Assembly: GCA_963783385.1 (NCBI GenBank)
Contig: CAWANJ010000009.1
Coordinates: 608,001 to 672,000, forward strand
Direction: 5' to 3'
Length of the DNA stretch: 64,000 bases
Source of the DNA: an uncultured Gemmatimonadales bacterium
GTDB taxonomy: Bacteria > Gemmatimonadota > Gemmatimonadetes > Palauibacterales > Palauibacteraceae
This document shows positions 19,811-28,780 of the stretch, piece after piece. The first letter of the stretch is position 1; every line of letters begins with the position of its first letter. The notes under the pieces are model-generated. The model had not been told where the DNA came from and searched no databases. It saw nothing but the letters and a program-made list of their open reading frames with translations. A program made the translations under genes and the position numbers.

Positions 19811-20925
19811 CGCGTGACAGGCGCCCGCATTGCGTCCACGAAGCGGTCGAACAGATAGCGGCTGTCGTGCGGCCCCGGCGCGGACTCGGGGTGGTACTGG
19901 ACCGCGAACACCGGCAGGGTTCGGTGCGCCAGGCCCTCCACCGTTCCGTCGTTGAGGTTCCGGTGCGTGATCTCGAGGTCCGGAGCACCCGGCACCGTTT
20001 CGTCCTCCTCGAGCACGGCGAAGCCGTGGTTCTGGGAGGTGATCTCCACGTGCCCCGTGGCCAGGTTGCGCACCGGGTGGTTCCCGCCGCGGTGCCCGTA
20101 CGCGAGCTTGAAGGTGCGGCCGCCGAAGGCGAGGGCGATGAGCTGCAGACCCAGGCAGATCCCGAACACCGGCAGACCGGCACCGGCTGCCGCTCGGATC
20201 CTGTCCGCCGCCCCGGGCACGGCCGCGGGATCCCCCGGGCCGTTGGACACGAACAACCCGGAGGCCCCGGACTCGACGATGTCCGACGCCGGCGTGTTCC
20301 ACGGCACCACGCGGACGCGGTAGCCCTCCGCGCGAATGAGGTCCAGGCTGCGCTGCTTGACCCCGTAGTCCAGGCAGAGCACGAGGCCGCGCTCCGGTCC
20401 CTCCGCGGCCAGCTCGTAGGGCTCCGGGGTGGACACCGCCGAGCCCAGGTCGCGTCCCTCCATCGACGGCTCCGCCTGGAGCCGGGAACGTGCCGCCTCG
20501 AGGGGCTCGGAGGCGCCGGCGATCACCGCCCGCATGGCGCCCGACTCCCGGATCCTCCGGGTCACCGCTCGCGTGTCCACGTCGGTCAGGACGGGGATGC
20601 CGTGGCGCTCGAGGTAGTCGGTCAGGCGGCCCGGGCCGTCGCGGCCCGGATCCGCCGTCAGGTCCCGGACGACGAAGCCGGCCACCCACGGACGGCGCGA
20701 CTGGTCGTCCTCCTCCCGGATCCCGTAGACTCCGATCATGGGCGCGGTCATGACCACGATCTGACCGGCGTAGGACGGGTCGGTGAGGACCTCCTGATAG
20801 CCGGTCAGGTTGGTCGTGAACACGATCTCCCCGACCCCTCCCGGACCGGCGCCTGCGAGCCGCCCCTCGAAGCGAGTCCCGTCCTCGAGGAGAAGATATC
20901 CGTCAGCAGCTTGCGTGTCGGGCAA
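19807..20925 (-). CDS. carA: Carbamoyl-phosphate synthase small subunit
   Basis: GYQEVLTDPSY, SNGPGDP, GICLG, QNHGF, QYHPE; TTG 20925 with GGGAG SD. Confidence 0.95.
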   Translation of the reverse strand: MPDTQAADGYLLLEDGTRFEGRLAGAGPGGVGEIVFTTNLTGYQEVLTDPSYAGQIVVMTAPMIGVYGIREEDDQSRRPWVAGFVVRDLTADPGRDGPGRLTDYLERHGIPVLTDVDTRAVTRRIRESGAMRAVIAGASEPLEAARSRLQAEPSMEGRDLGSAVSTPEPYELAAEGPERGLVLCLDYGVKQRSLDLIRAEGYRVRVVPWNTPASDIVESGASGLFVSNGPGDPAAVPGAADRIRAAAGAGLPVFGICLGLQLIALAFGGRTFKLAYGHRGGNHPVRNLATGHVEITSQNHGFAVLEEDETVPGAPDLEITHRNLNDGTVEGLAHRTLPVFAVQYHPESAPGPHDSRYLFDRFVDAMRAPVTR

Positions 20926-20947
20926 CGAACGACTCCCATACAGGGCC

Positions 20948-21586
20948 ATGAATCCCAGCGAACGCTCCGGTGGCGGGCGGACCGACGGTCCGTCGCACAT
21001 CTACATCTACGCGGACGAGTCCTGCCTGGGCAACCAGTTCCGGACCCGCTCCAATCCCGGCGGCGCCGCCGGGCTGGTCGAACAGTTCCGTCCCCGCGGA
21101 GGGTGGGCGCGCAAGGACTTCGCGCGCTTCGAGCCGGACACGACCAACAACCGCATGGCATTGTGGTCGGGCATCCTCGGTCTGGGTGCCCTCCGTCGGC
21201 CCTCCGAGGTCGTGTTCACGAGCGACAGCCAGTACCTCGTGCGGGGCATGAAGGAGTGGATCCACGGCTGGGCCCGTCGCGGCTGGAAGCGGAAGGGCGG
21301 CGAGATCGAGAACCTGGAGCTCTGGCAGGAGCTGGCCGGCGTCGCCCGGCGCCATCGTGTGGAGTGGCGCTGGATCCGGGGACACGCCGGACATCCCAAG
21401 AACGAGTACGCCAACGAGCTCGCGATCGGGACCGCCCGTACGGGCGAGGGGCTCGACGGGCTCGTCCCGTCGGGGTTCGACGACTGGATCCAGGCCCGGA
21501 TCGACGCCGGGCAGTTCGTCGACTACCTGGACGTGCCGCCCGACGAGCCCTTCGAGCCCGACCCGGCGGCGCCCGCCCCCTCCTGA
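20948..21586 (+). CDS. rnhA: Ribonuclease HI
   Basis: YADESCLGN, TTNNRM, SDSQY, WARRGW, NLELWQEL, WIRGHAGHPKNE. Confidence 0.92.
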   Translation: MNPSERSGGGRTDGPSHIYIYADESCLGNQFRTRSNPGGAAGLVEQFRPRGGWARKDFARFEPDTTNNRMALWSGILGLGALRRPSEVVFTSDSQYLVRGMKEWIHGWARRGWKRKGGEIENLELWQELAGVARRHRVEWRWIRGHAGHPKNEYANELAIGTARTGEGLDGLVPSGFDDWIQARIDAGQFVDYLDVPPDEPFEPDPAAPAPS

Positions 21587-22002
21587 CCCGTGTCGGGACG
21601 GCTGCCGGGCAGCGGCAGGCCCTTCCGGCCCGCGCTCGACGTGTCCGGGATCCGCGCCCCGGCGCTCTCCGCCTGCAGGACCGACGTCGGCGTCCTCGGA
21701 ACCTGCTGCTGTGCGCCGCCGCTGAACTCGCCCTGGAGGATCGAGCTCGGCGTGCTCTGGCGCGAGCCCGAGGAGATCAGGGCCAGGACAAACGCGAGGA
21801 ACAGGAACACGCCGCCTCCGATCCAGCTCAGCTTCGTGAGCAGGGTGGCCGCCTGCCGGCCGCCCATGAAGGAGTCGGTGGAGGAAGACGCGCCCCCGAA
21901 GGTCGCGGCCAGCCCGCCCCCCTTGCCCGACTGGAGCAAGATGATGACGCACAGGAGGATGGCCAGCAGGATCAGGACGATGAGCAGAAACGTATATAGC
22001 AT
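21523..22002 (-). CDS. secG: Preprotein translocase subunit SecG
   Basis: ILLQSGKGGGLAATFGG, two TM segments, position after tpiA. Confidence 0.92.
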   Translation of the reverse strand: MLYTFLLIVLILLAILLCVIILLQSGKGGGLAATFGGASSSTDSFMGGRQAATLLTKLSWIGGGVFLFLAFVLALISSGSRQSTPSSILQGEFSGGAQQQVPRTPTSVLQAESAGARIPDTSSAGRKGLPLPGSRPDTGQEGAGAAGSGSKGSSGGTSR

Positions 22003-22083
22003 CGAATCGTGTGCTTCCGTGACGGCGGCGAAACGTGCGAAGGCGCGGGCACGCCGCGCCCGCGCCTTCCTGTCCTGGCCGGA

Positions 22084-22113
22084 AACCTAGCGCTCCGGCC
22101 CGTCCGGCGTCAA
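22084..22113 (-). promoter_or_regulatory. Sigma70-type promoter for secG
   Basis: TTGACG-18 nt-TAGGTT. Confidence 0.55.
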
Positions 22114-22118
22114 CGCGC

Positions 22119-22884
22119 TCACGCCGTGACCACGGCACAAATGTCGGCGAACGCCTCGGGATCCAGACTCGCCCCACCGACCAGGGCCCCGTCTATGCCG
22201 GGCATGGCCAGGAGCTCCTCGGCGTTCGCGGGCTTGACGCTGCCTCCGTAGATGATCGGAACCTCCCCCGCGGCGTCTCCCATCCACGAGGCCAGATCGC
22301 CACGCACCAGTCGATGGGCCGCCGCCGCGTCTTCGGGGCTGGCCGTGCGACCCGTACCGATGGCCCACACCGGCTCGTAGGCGATCACGAGTCCCCGTCG
22401 CTCCCGCTCGGACAGCCGCTCGAGCACGGCCGCGACCTGCCAATGCAGGACCTCCTCGAGCCGGCCCTGGTCGCGCTCCTCGAGGGTCTCACCCACGCAC
22501 AGGACGGGCGCGACGCCGGCTTCCAGGAGGCGATTCACCTTTCGGGCCACCCGTTCGTCGTCGTCCCCGAACTCCCGGCGGCGCTCCGAGTGGCCCGCCA
22601 GTCCCCAGCGGGACCCCGCCTCGGCGGCCATCGAGGCCGAGATGGCCCCGGTGTGGGCTCCCTCACGCTCCTGATGGACGTCCTGCACTCCGACCTCCAG
22701 GTCGGGTCGGCCGGCCGCCGCGTCCACGAACGCGGGAAGCGAGAATGGCGGGCGGAAACAGGACCACCGTCCGGTCTTCGCGGGGCCGGTGCCGCTCCGC
22801 GAAAGCGCGCACGAACGCCCTGGCCTCGTCCGGGCCCTTGTGCATCTTCCAGTTGCCGCCGAAGAACGGGCGCGCCGCACTCAC
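22119..22884 (-). CDS. tpiA: Triosephosphate isomerase (apparent +1 frameshift ~22744)
   Basis: GNWKMHK in one frame; GHSERR, AYEPVWAIGTG, YGGSVK, LVGGAS in the next. Confidence 0.95.
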
Positions 22885-24074
22885 GGCGCGTCGTCCAGGG
22901 CTTCGACGCCCGGCAGGCGGCCGGTCGCCAGGTATTCGAGCGCGGCGCCGCCTCCCGTCGACACGTGCGACAGCCGGTCGGCCAGCCCGGCCTCCCGCAC
23001 GGCCCGGGCCGAATCCCCGCCCCCGACCACCGCGAACGCGCCGGCGTCGCAGGCCTCCGCCACGGCGCGGGCCACCGCGCGCGTTCCGGCGGCGAAGGCC
23101 TCCTTCTCGAACATCCCCATGGGGCCGTTCCAGAACACGGTGGCGGCATCGTCCAGGGCCATGGCGTACGCGTCTCGAGTGTCGGGTCCGATGTCCAGGG
23201 CCATGGCATCCGCGGAGATCGAGTCCGAGTCCACCACGTGGGCACGGTCCCCGTCGTCCGGCGAGACTGCCACCACGACGTCGACCGGCAGCTCGAGCCG
23301 ATCCCCACCCTTCGTCATAAGGCGTCTCGCCTCGTCCAGGGCTTCGTCCTCGACGAGGGAGGAGCCGATCTCACGACCCTCGGACTTCAGGAACGTGTTG
23401 CCCATGGCGCCCCCGACCAGGACGCGGTCCGCGCGTCCCAGGAACGCCTCCATCAGCTCGATCTTGTCGCCGATCTTGGCCCCGCCCATGATCACGATGA
23501 ACGGCGGATCGGGATCCGAGCGCAGCCGGTCGAGCGCCTCGAGCTCGGTCTCGACCAGCAAGCCCGCCACCGCCGGGTGGAGGACCGCCGGCACGCCCAC
23601 CACCGAGCAATGCTTCCTGTGGCAGGCGCCGAACGCGTCGTTCACATACAGGTCGCCCAGGCGGGCGAGCCGCCTCGCCAGCTCCGGGTCGTTCTGCTTC
23701 TCCCCCGGGAGGAATCGCAGGTTCTCGAGGAGGAGGACCGAGCCCGTCTCCAGGCCGCGGCTCTCCCGCAGGGCCTCCTCCGAGTCGGCCGGACCCACGA
23801 AACGGACGGGCCGCTCCAACAGGGCCTCGAGCCGCTCGGCCACGGGCGCGAGGGACAGCTCGGGATCGGGACGCCCCCCCGGCCGTCCCAGGTGCGACAT
23901 GAGGACGGGCCGGGCTCCGGCATCCAGGAGGTGACGGATCGTGGGCAGGGTCGCGCCGATCCGCGCGTCGTCCCGGACCTCGCCGGACTCGAGGGGCACG
24001 TTGTAGTCCACCCGGACCAGGACCCGCCGGCCTCCGAGGTCGGCGGGTCCCAGACTGCGGAGCGTGCGCTTCAC
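22881..24074 (-). CDS. pgk: Phosphoglycerate kinase
   Basis: RVDYNVP, SHLGRP, LENLRF, NDAFG, WNGPMG, HVSTGGGA; GTG 24074. Confidence 0.97.
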   Translation of the reverse strand: MKRTLRSLGPADLGGRRVLVRVDYNVPLESGEVRDDARIGATLPTIRHLLDAGARPVLMSHLGRPGGRPDPELSLAPVAERLEALLERPVRFVGPADSEEALRESRGLETGSVLLLENLRFLPGEKQNDPELARRLARLGDLYVNDAFGACHRKHCSVVGVPAVLHPAVAGLLVETELEALDRLRSDPDPPFIVIMGGAKIGDKIELMEAFLGRADRVLVGGAMGNTFLKSEGREIGSSLVEDEALDEARRLMTKGGDRLELPVDVVVAVSPDDGDRAHVVDSDSISADAMALDIGPDTRDAYAMALDDAATVFWNGPMGMFEKEAFAAGTRAVARAVAEACDAGAFAVVGGGDSARAVREAGLADRLSHVSTGGGAALEYLATGRLPGVEALDDAP

Positions 24075-25099
24075 GCCGGGCTCGCGGCGGGGAGCCTGTC
24101 GGCCACGAGGTGTGCCAGCTCGAGGCATCGGTTCGAGTAGCCCCACTCGTTGTCGTACCAGGACACGACCTTCACCAGCCTACCGGCCTGTACCATCGTG
24201 GATTGTCCATCCACGATCGAGCTGGCCGGGTGGCCGGTGTAGTCGACCGAAACCAGCGGCTCGTCGCTGTAGGCCAGGATCCCCGCCAGGTCCCCCTCGG
24301 CGCGTGACCGGAAGATCTCGTTGACCTCCTCCGCGCTCGTGTCCCGACCGACCGTCACGACCAGGTCGGTGATGGACACGTCGGGCGTGGGCACCCGCAT
24401 GGCCATGCCCTCGAACTTGCCCTCCACCTTCGGATAGACCAGGGCCGTGGCCCGCGCCGCGCCGGTCGTGGTGGGGATGATGGAGAGCGCGGCGGCACGC
24501 GCGCGACGCAGGTCCTTGTGGGGGCCGTCGAGGATCTGCTGGTTCGCCGTGTAGCTGTGCACGGTGGTCATGAGCCCGTTCTCCCACCCGAGCTCCTCAT
24601 CGACCACCCGCACCAGGGGGGCCACGCAGTTGGTCGTGCAGCTCGCGTTGGAGAGGATGTCGTGCCGGTCGGGATCGTAGTCCCCCTCGTTCACGCCCAG
24701 GCAGAGGGTCACGTCGGGCTCCTTGGCGGGCGCCGTGACGATGACCTTCCGCGCGCCGGCCGACAGGTGCTTGGCGGCGTCGGCCCGCTTCGTGAACAGG
24801 CCGGTGGCCTCGAGCACGATGTCGACCTCGAGCTCGTCCCAAGGCAGGGCGCCGGGATCGCGCTCGGACAGGACCCGGACGTCGCGGCCATCCACCACCA
24901 GCGCGTCGCCACGCACCTCGACCGCAGCGCCGAACCGGCCGTGCACCGAGTCGTAACGCAGCAGGTGCGCGAGGGTCTCGGGACTGGTGAGGTCGTTCAC
25001 GGCCACGATCTCGACCTTGCCGTCGCGGCGCCCGTGGGCCGCCCGGAAGATGTTGCGGCCGATCCGACCGAATCCGTTGATGGCCACGCGTACGGTCAT
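24071..25099 (-). CDS. gap: Glyceraldehyde-3-phosphate dehydrogenase
   Basis: INGFGRIGR, ASCTTNC, WYDNEWGY; ATG 25099. Confidence 0.97.
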   Translation of the reverse strand: MTVRVAINGFGRIGRNIFRAAHGRRDGKVEIVAVNDLTSPETLAHLLRYDSVHGRFGAAVEVRGDALVVDGRDVRVLSERDPGALPWDELEVDIVLEATGLFTKRADAAKHLSAGARKVIVTAPAKEPDVTLCLGVNEGDYDPDRHDILSNASCTTNCVAPLVRVVDEELGWENGLMTTVHSYTANQQILDGPHKDLRRARAAALSIIPTTTGAARATALVYPKVEGKFEGMAMRVPTPDVSITDLVVTVGRDTSAEEVNEIFRSRAEGDLAGILAYSDEPLVSVDYTGHPASSIVDGQSTMVQAGRLVKVVSWYDNEWGYSNRCLELAHLVADRLPAASPA

Positions 25100-25199
25100 T
25101 CTCCCCCCTCGAAGCTCCCATTGGTGATGTCGGTCCGGCCAACCCGGTCGCCCTCCGGGTCGCCCGGAAAGCCGGTTCGCCGGCGCCGCCGCTGTCGGG

Positions 25200-25982
25200 T
25201 CACGACGATCCCATGACCTGCAAGGCCCGTGCAAAGGCGACGGCCCCCGTCACTTGCTCTCCCGAGTCGCGAAGGGCCAGCGCGCAGGCCGCCGCCGTGG
25301 CGCCCGTGGTCAGGACATCGTCGACCAGGAGAACCGGGAGCTCATCCGTCGATCCCGCACGGGCGTGGAACGCCTCCCTCACGTTCTCCCGCCGCTCGTT
25401 GCGTCCAAGCCTCACCTGCCGGCGCCGCGCGTCGTCCCGAGAGAGCGCCGCGCCCACCGGCCACCCCAGTCGGATGCCGAGCGACCGGGCCAGGAGCTCC
25501 GCCTGGTTGTAGCCGCGCTCCCGCAACCGCGCCGCCGGCAGGGGCACGGGCTCGAGGCGGTGCACCACCTCGCCGGCCAGCTCGAGGGCGGCCGCCGCCA
25601 GGGCCTCGCCCATGGGCCGGGCCAGCGTGAACCACCCCTCGTACTTGAGGGCGTGAACCAGCCTCGCCGCTCCAGCATCCATCCGGAACGGCGCGCGCGT
25701 GCGCGGCAGGTGCTCCGGCCAAGAGAGGCACTCGGAGCAACGGTCCTCCCTCCCCAGGTCCAGGAGCCGGGTGGCGCCGCACCGCCGGCAGCGCGGCGCC
25801 ACCACCCTGGGAAGCCGGTGCCAGCACAGGGCGCAAACCGGCGCCGTTCCGGGCTCGAGGCTCTCCCCGCAGGCCACGCAGGCGGGCGGCAGGAGCCGGT
25901 CCAGCCACGCTCCGAGCCGTCTACGGGAGGAGCCCCGCCGGCCCCCGGCACCGGTGCCCGCCGACACCGTCGGTCGGCTCAC
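25200..25982 (-). CDS. comF: ComF family protein (zinc ribbon plus PRTase)
   Basis: Four CxxC pairs, RERGYNQA, LVDDVLTTGAT; GTG 25982. Confidence 0.9.
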   Translation of the reverse strand: MSRPTVSAGTGAGGRRGSSRRRLGAWLDRLLPPACVACGESLEPGTAPVCALCWHRLPRVVAPRCRRCGATRLLDLGREDRCSECLSWPEHLPRTRAPFRMDAGAARLVHALKYEGWFTLARPMGEALAAAALELAGEVVHRLEPVPLPAARLRERGYNQAELLARSLGIRLGWPVGAALSRDDARRRQVRLGRNERRENVREAFHARAGSTDELPVLLVDDVLTTGATAAACALALRDSGEQVTGAVAFARALQVMGSS

Positions 25983-26878
25983 GTCGTCCGTCCCGCGGCG
26001 TGCGCGGCCGCCTCGAGCATGATCCGCCGGGGCGGCTCCACTCCCAGCCAGCAGGCCAGCGAGGCCGCCGCCTGTTCGACGAGCATCCCGAGCCCGTCCG
26101 CCGCGCGCAGGTCCCGTGCACGAGCCTCGCGGACCCAGCGGGTCTCCTCCGGACCGTACACGAGGTCCAGGATCGCCGCGCCACCGACGCCATCGAGCGC
26201 CAGGGGGAGGGGATCCGACGCCTCGAGGCCGAGCCGCGTGGCGTTCACCACGAGGTCGTAGCGATCCGCCGGAACGCCCCCGGGCAGCGCCAGCGCCGCC
26301 GGTGTGCCGCCCGGGGCCCGCGGCGCGCCCTCCGGCCCCGGCCCCTCGAGCACGCGCACCGGGGTGCCCGGACCGACCACCCTGGAGGCCATGGAGCGCG
26401 CGTGCTCCGCGGTGCGGTTCAGCACGTCCACGGATCCGACGCCGGCCTCGAGGCATGCGGCCACCACCGCCGCGGCGGCACCTCCCGCCCCGAGGAGCAG
26501 GACGCGCCCTGCCGGCCAGCGTTTCGGCACGAGGTCTCTCGCCGCCTCCAGGAATCCGGCGACGTCGGTGTTCTCCCCGACCAGGCCGCGGCCCTCTTCG
26601 AACCAGAAGCAGTTGCACGCGCCGGTGGCCCGCACCAGCCTCGACGCCCCGTCCAGCAGCGCCGCCGCCCGACCCTTGTGAGGCAGGGTGACATTGCCGC
26701 CGCCGCGGCGCCCCATCCGGCTCATCGTGGCCTCCAGCTCCTCCGCGCTCACGTCCATCGCTCGATAGCGTGCCTCGATCCCCAGGGCCTCGAACGCGGC
26801 CCGATGGATCGCCGGTGAGAGCGAGTGAGCCACCGGATGGCCGAGGAGCGCGAACTCCAGGACGCGCCCGCCGCTCAA
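25979..26878 (-). CDS. aroE: Shikimate dehydrogenase
   Basis: HSLSP, NVTLPHK, NTD, GAGGAA, DGLGMLVEQA. Confidence 0.93.
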   Translation of the reverse strand: MSGGRVLEFALLGHPVAHSLSPAIHRAAFEALGIEARYRAMDVSAEELEATMSRMGRRGGGNVTLPHKGRAAALLDGASRLVRATGACNCFWFEEGRGLVGENTDVAGFLEAARDLVPKRWPAGRVLLLGAGGAAAAVVAACLEAGVGSVDVLNRTAEHARSMASRVVGPGTPVRVLEGPGPEGAPRAPGGTPAALALPGGVPADRYDLVVNATRLGLEASDPLPLALDGVGGAAILDLVYGPEETRWVREARARDLRAADGLGMLVEQAAASLACWLGVEPPRRIMLEAAAHAAGRTT

Positions 26879-27405
26879 TCCCCGTCCCGTCGACCGGGCC
26901 GGCCGGCGCGCGCCTCGGTCAGACGCGCCGCGAGGCCGTCGACGGCACGCTCGAGAACCTCGAACGCATCGCGGTAGGCTTCCGGACCGCCGCCGACGGG
27001 GTCCACGATGGACCGGTCACGGAGTGGATCGCCCTCCGGGAGGTAGTGTGACAGGAGGACGGCCCGGCGGCCCGCGCCCAGCTCGGACGCCGACCTCCTG
27101 TGGGACTCCGACATGCACAGGACGAGGTCCGCCCGGGCCGCCATGTCCGAGGTGAGGGGGCGGGACCGATGGCCCTCCAGGTCCAGATCGTGCCGGGCGG
27201 CGACGGCCCGGGCATCCTCGGCGGCCCCGACCCCGGGTACGGCGAAGGTGCCGGCGGACCCCACCGCCACATCCGCAAGCCGTGCCGCCAGCGCGGCCCG
27301 GGCCAGGACCTCCGCCATCGGGCTGCGGCACGTGTTGCCGGTGCACACGAACAGGAGGCTGCGCACGCGGGCCAGGTCCGGGGTCTCTCGCCGTCCCTCG
27401 CTCAT
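26875..27405 (-). CDS. Low-molecular-weight phosphatase, YwlE-like (protein-arginine phosphatase)
   Basis: FVCTGNTCRSPMAE, SAGT, DPVGG; ATG 27405. Confidence 0.85.
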   Translation of the reverse strand: MSEGRRETPDLARVRSLLFVCTGNTCRSPMAEVLARAALAARLADVAVGSAGTFAVPGVGAAEDARAVAARHDLDLEGHRSRPLTSDMAARADLVLCMSESHRRSASELGAGRRAVLLSHYLPEGDPLRDRSIVDPVGGGPEAYRDAFEVLERAVDGLAARLTEARAGRPGRRDGD

Positions 27406-28091
27406 CGGGCCGGCTCGCGTTCGAGCACCCGTGCGAGCTCGGCGAAGCTCACCGCTCCCTCGCGCAGCAGACGCGGCGGCCGCTCGAGGAGAGAGAGGAT
27501 CGAGGAGGGAGGCGAGGGCGGCAGCGGACCCGCGTCCAGGAACCACACCTCCGGACACGACCCGTGCAGGGTCTCGAGGAAGCTCCGCACCTCGCCGGGC
27601 GTGCGCGCGGGAGGCGAGCCGGCCCGGTTCAGGCTGGTCGAGCTCATGGTCACGGCTCCGAGCTCCTCGAGGACGGCCCGGGTCGCCGGGTGCGACTCGA
27701 CCCGGACGGCCAGACCCGACGCGCTACCGTCCGGCAGCACGAGAGTGAGGGGTCCGGGCCAGAACGCGTCCGCCAGCCGGGCGGCGCGCTCGTCCCACAC
27801 GAGCTCCGGGTGAGCGGTCTGCAGGGCACCCGGGTCCGCGGCGATGCGCAGGAGCGGCTTCCCGGGAGCCCGGCCCTTCAGACAGGCGATGGCGCCGTCC
27901 AGCGCAGGGTCCAGTGCCCCGAGTCCGTAGACGGTGGACGTGGGGTGGGCCAGAACGGCGCCGCGGGCCAGCGCGTCCGCGGCCCGGCGCACCTCCGGCG
28001 CTGGCGTGCCCGGCCCGGCGCCCTGCCCCGCGGACGGCCTACGCGTCCGCGGAGCCGTCGACCCGCTTCCAGGGTCATGCGCCGCGCTCAT
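27402..28091 (-). CDS. tsaC: L-threonylcarbamoyladenylate synthase (TsaC/YrdC)
   Basis: PTSTVYGLG, LKGR, FWPGPLTL, STSLN; ATG 28091. Confidence 0.88.
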   Translation of the reverse strand: MSAAHDPGSGSTAPRTRRPSAGQGAGPGTPAPEVRRAADALARGAVLAHPTSTVYGLGALDPALDGAIACLKGRAPGKPLLRIAADPGALQTAHPELVWDERAARLADAFWPGPLTLVLPDGSASGLAVRVESHPATRAVLEELGAVTMSSTSLNRAGSPPARTPGEVRSFLETLHGSCPEVWFLDAGPLPPSPPSSILSLLERPPRLLREGAVSFAELARVLEREPAR

Positions 28092-28780
28092 CGGACCCGG
28101 CCCGACTCCAGAAGCCACGCCGCGTAGGCGAAGTCCTCCGGCGTCGTGAGCTTGAGGTTCGTGACCTCGCCCGTCACCCCCTGCACCGGGTGACCCTCCG
28201 CCTCGCACAGGGCGGCGTCGTCCGTGGCTCCCCGACCCGAACGGGCGGCCCGCTCGTGCACCTCGCGGAGCAGCGCCGTGGGGAAGCCCTGCGGAGTCTG
28301 GGCCCGGCGCAGACAGGCCCGATCCAGCGTGCGGAGCACCGCGCCCTCCGCATCGACCTCCTTGACCGTGTCCTGGAGCGGAACGAGGGGCACGGCCGGT
28401 CCCCGTCGGGCTGCGGCCAGGACCCGTTCGACGAGACCGACCGACGCGAACGGCCGCACGCCGTCGTGCACGAGCACGGTATCCGGCTCTCCCCCCAGCG
28501 CCTGAAGCCCTAGTCGAACCGACTCCGTCCGGGTCGCTCCTCCCGGTACGAGCCGGGCGGGAGCCTGGACCAGCCATGCCGGGGGGGCGGAGGCCACCGA
28601 CTCCGGCAGCACGAGCACGATCTCGCCGATCGCGCCGGTGGCGGCGAACGAACGCCACGCCCGCTCGAGGACGGGCGTGCCCGCCAGCTCCCGGAATTGC
28701 TTCGCGGGACCGTCGCCCGCGCGGGTGCCACGGCCCGCGGCCACCAGGACGGCGGCGGACCGCCCTCCCCGCGCGCTCAT
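28088..28780 (-). CDS. ispD: 2-C-methyl-D-erythritol 4-phosphate cytidylyltransferase
   Basis: AAGRGTR, KQF, VHDGVRPF, QTPQGF, TDDA, NLKLTT; ATG 28780. Confidence 0.95.
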   Translation of the reverse strand: MSARGGRSAAVLVAAGRGTRAGDGPAKQFRELAGTPVLERAWRSFAATGAIGEIVLVLPESVASAPPAWLVQAPARLVPGGATRTESVRLGLQALGGEPDTVLVHDGVRPFASVGLVERVLAAARRGPAVPLVPLQDTVKEVDAEGAVLRTLDRACLRRAQTPQGFPTALLREVHERAARSGRGATDDAALCEAEGHPVQGVTGEVTNLKLTTPEDFAYAAWLLESGRVR

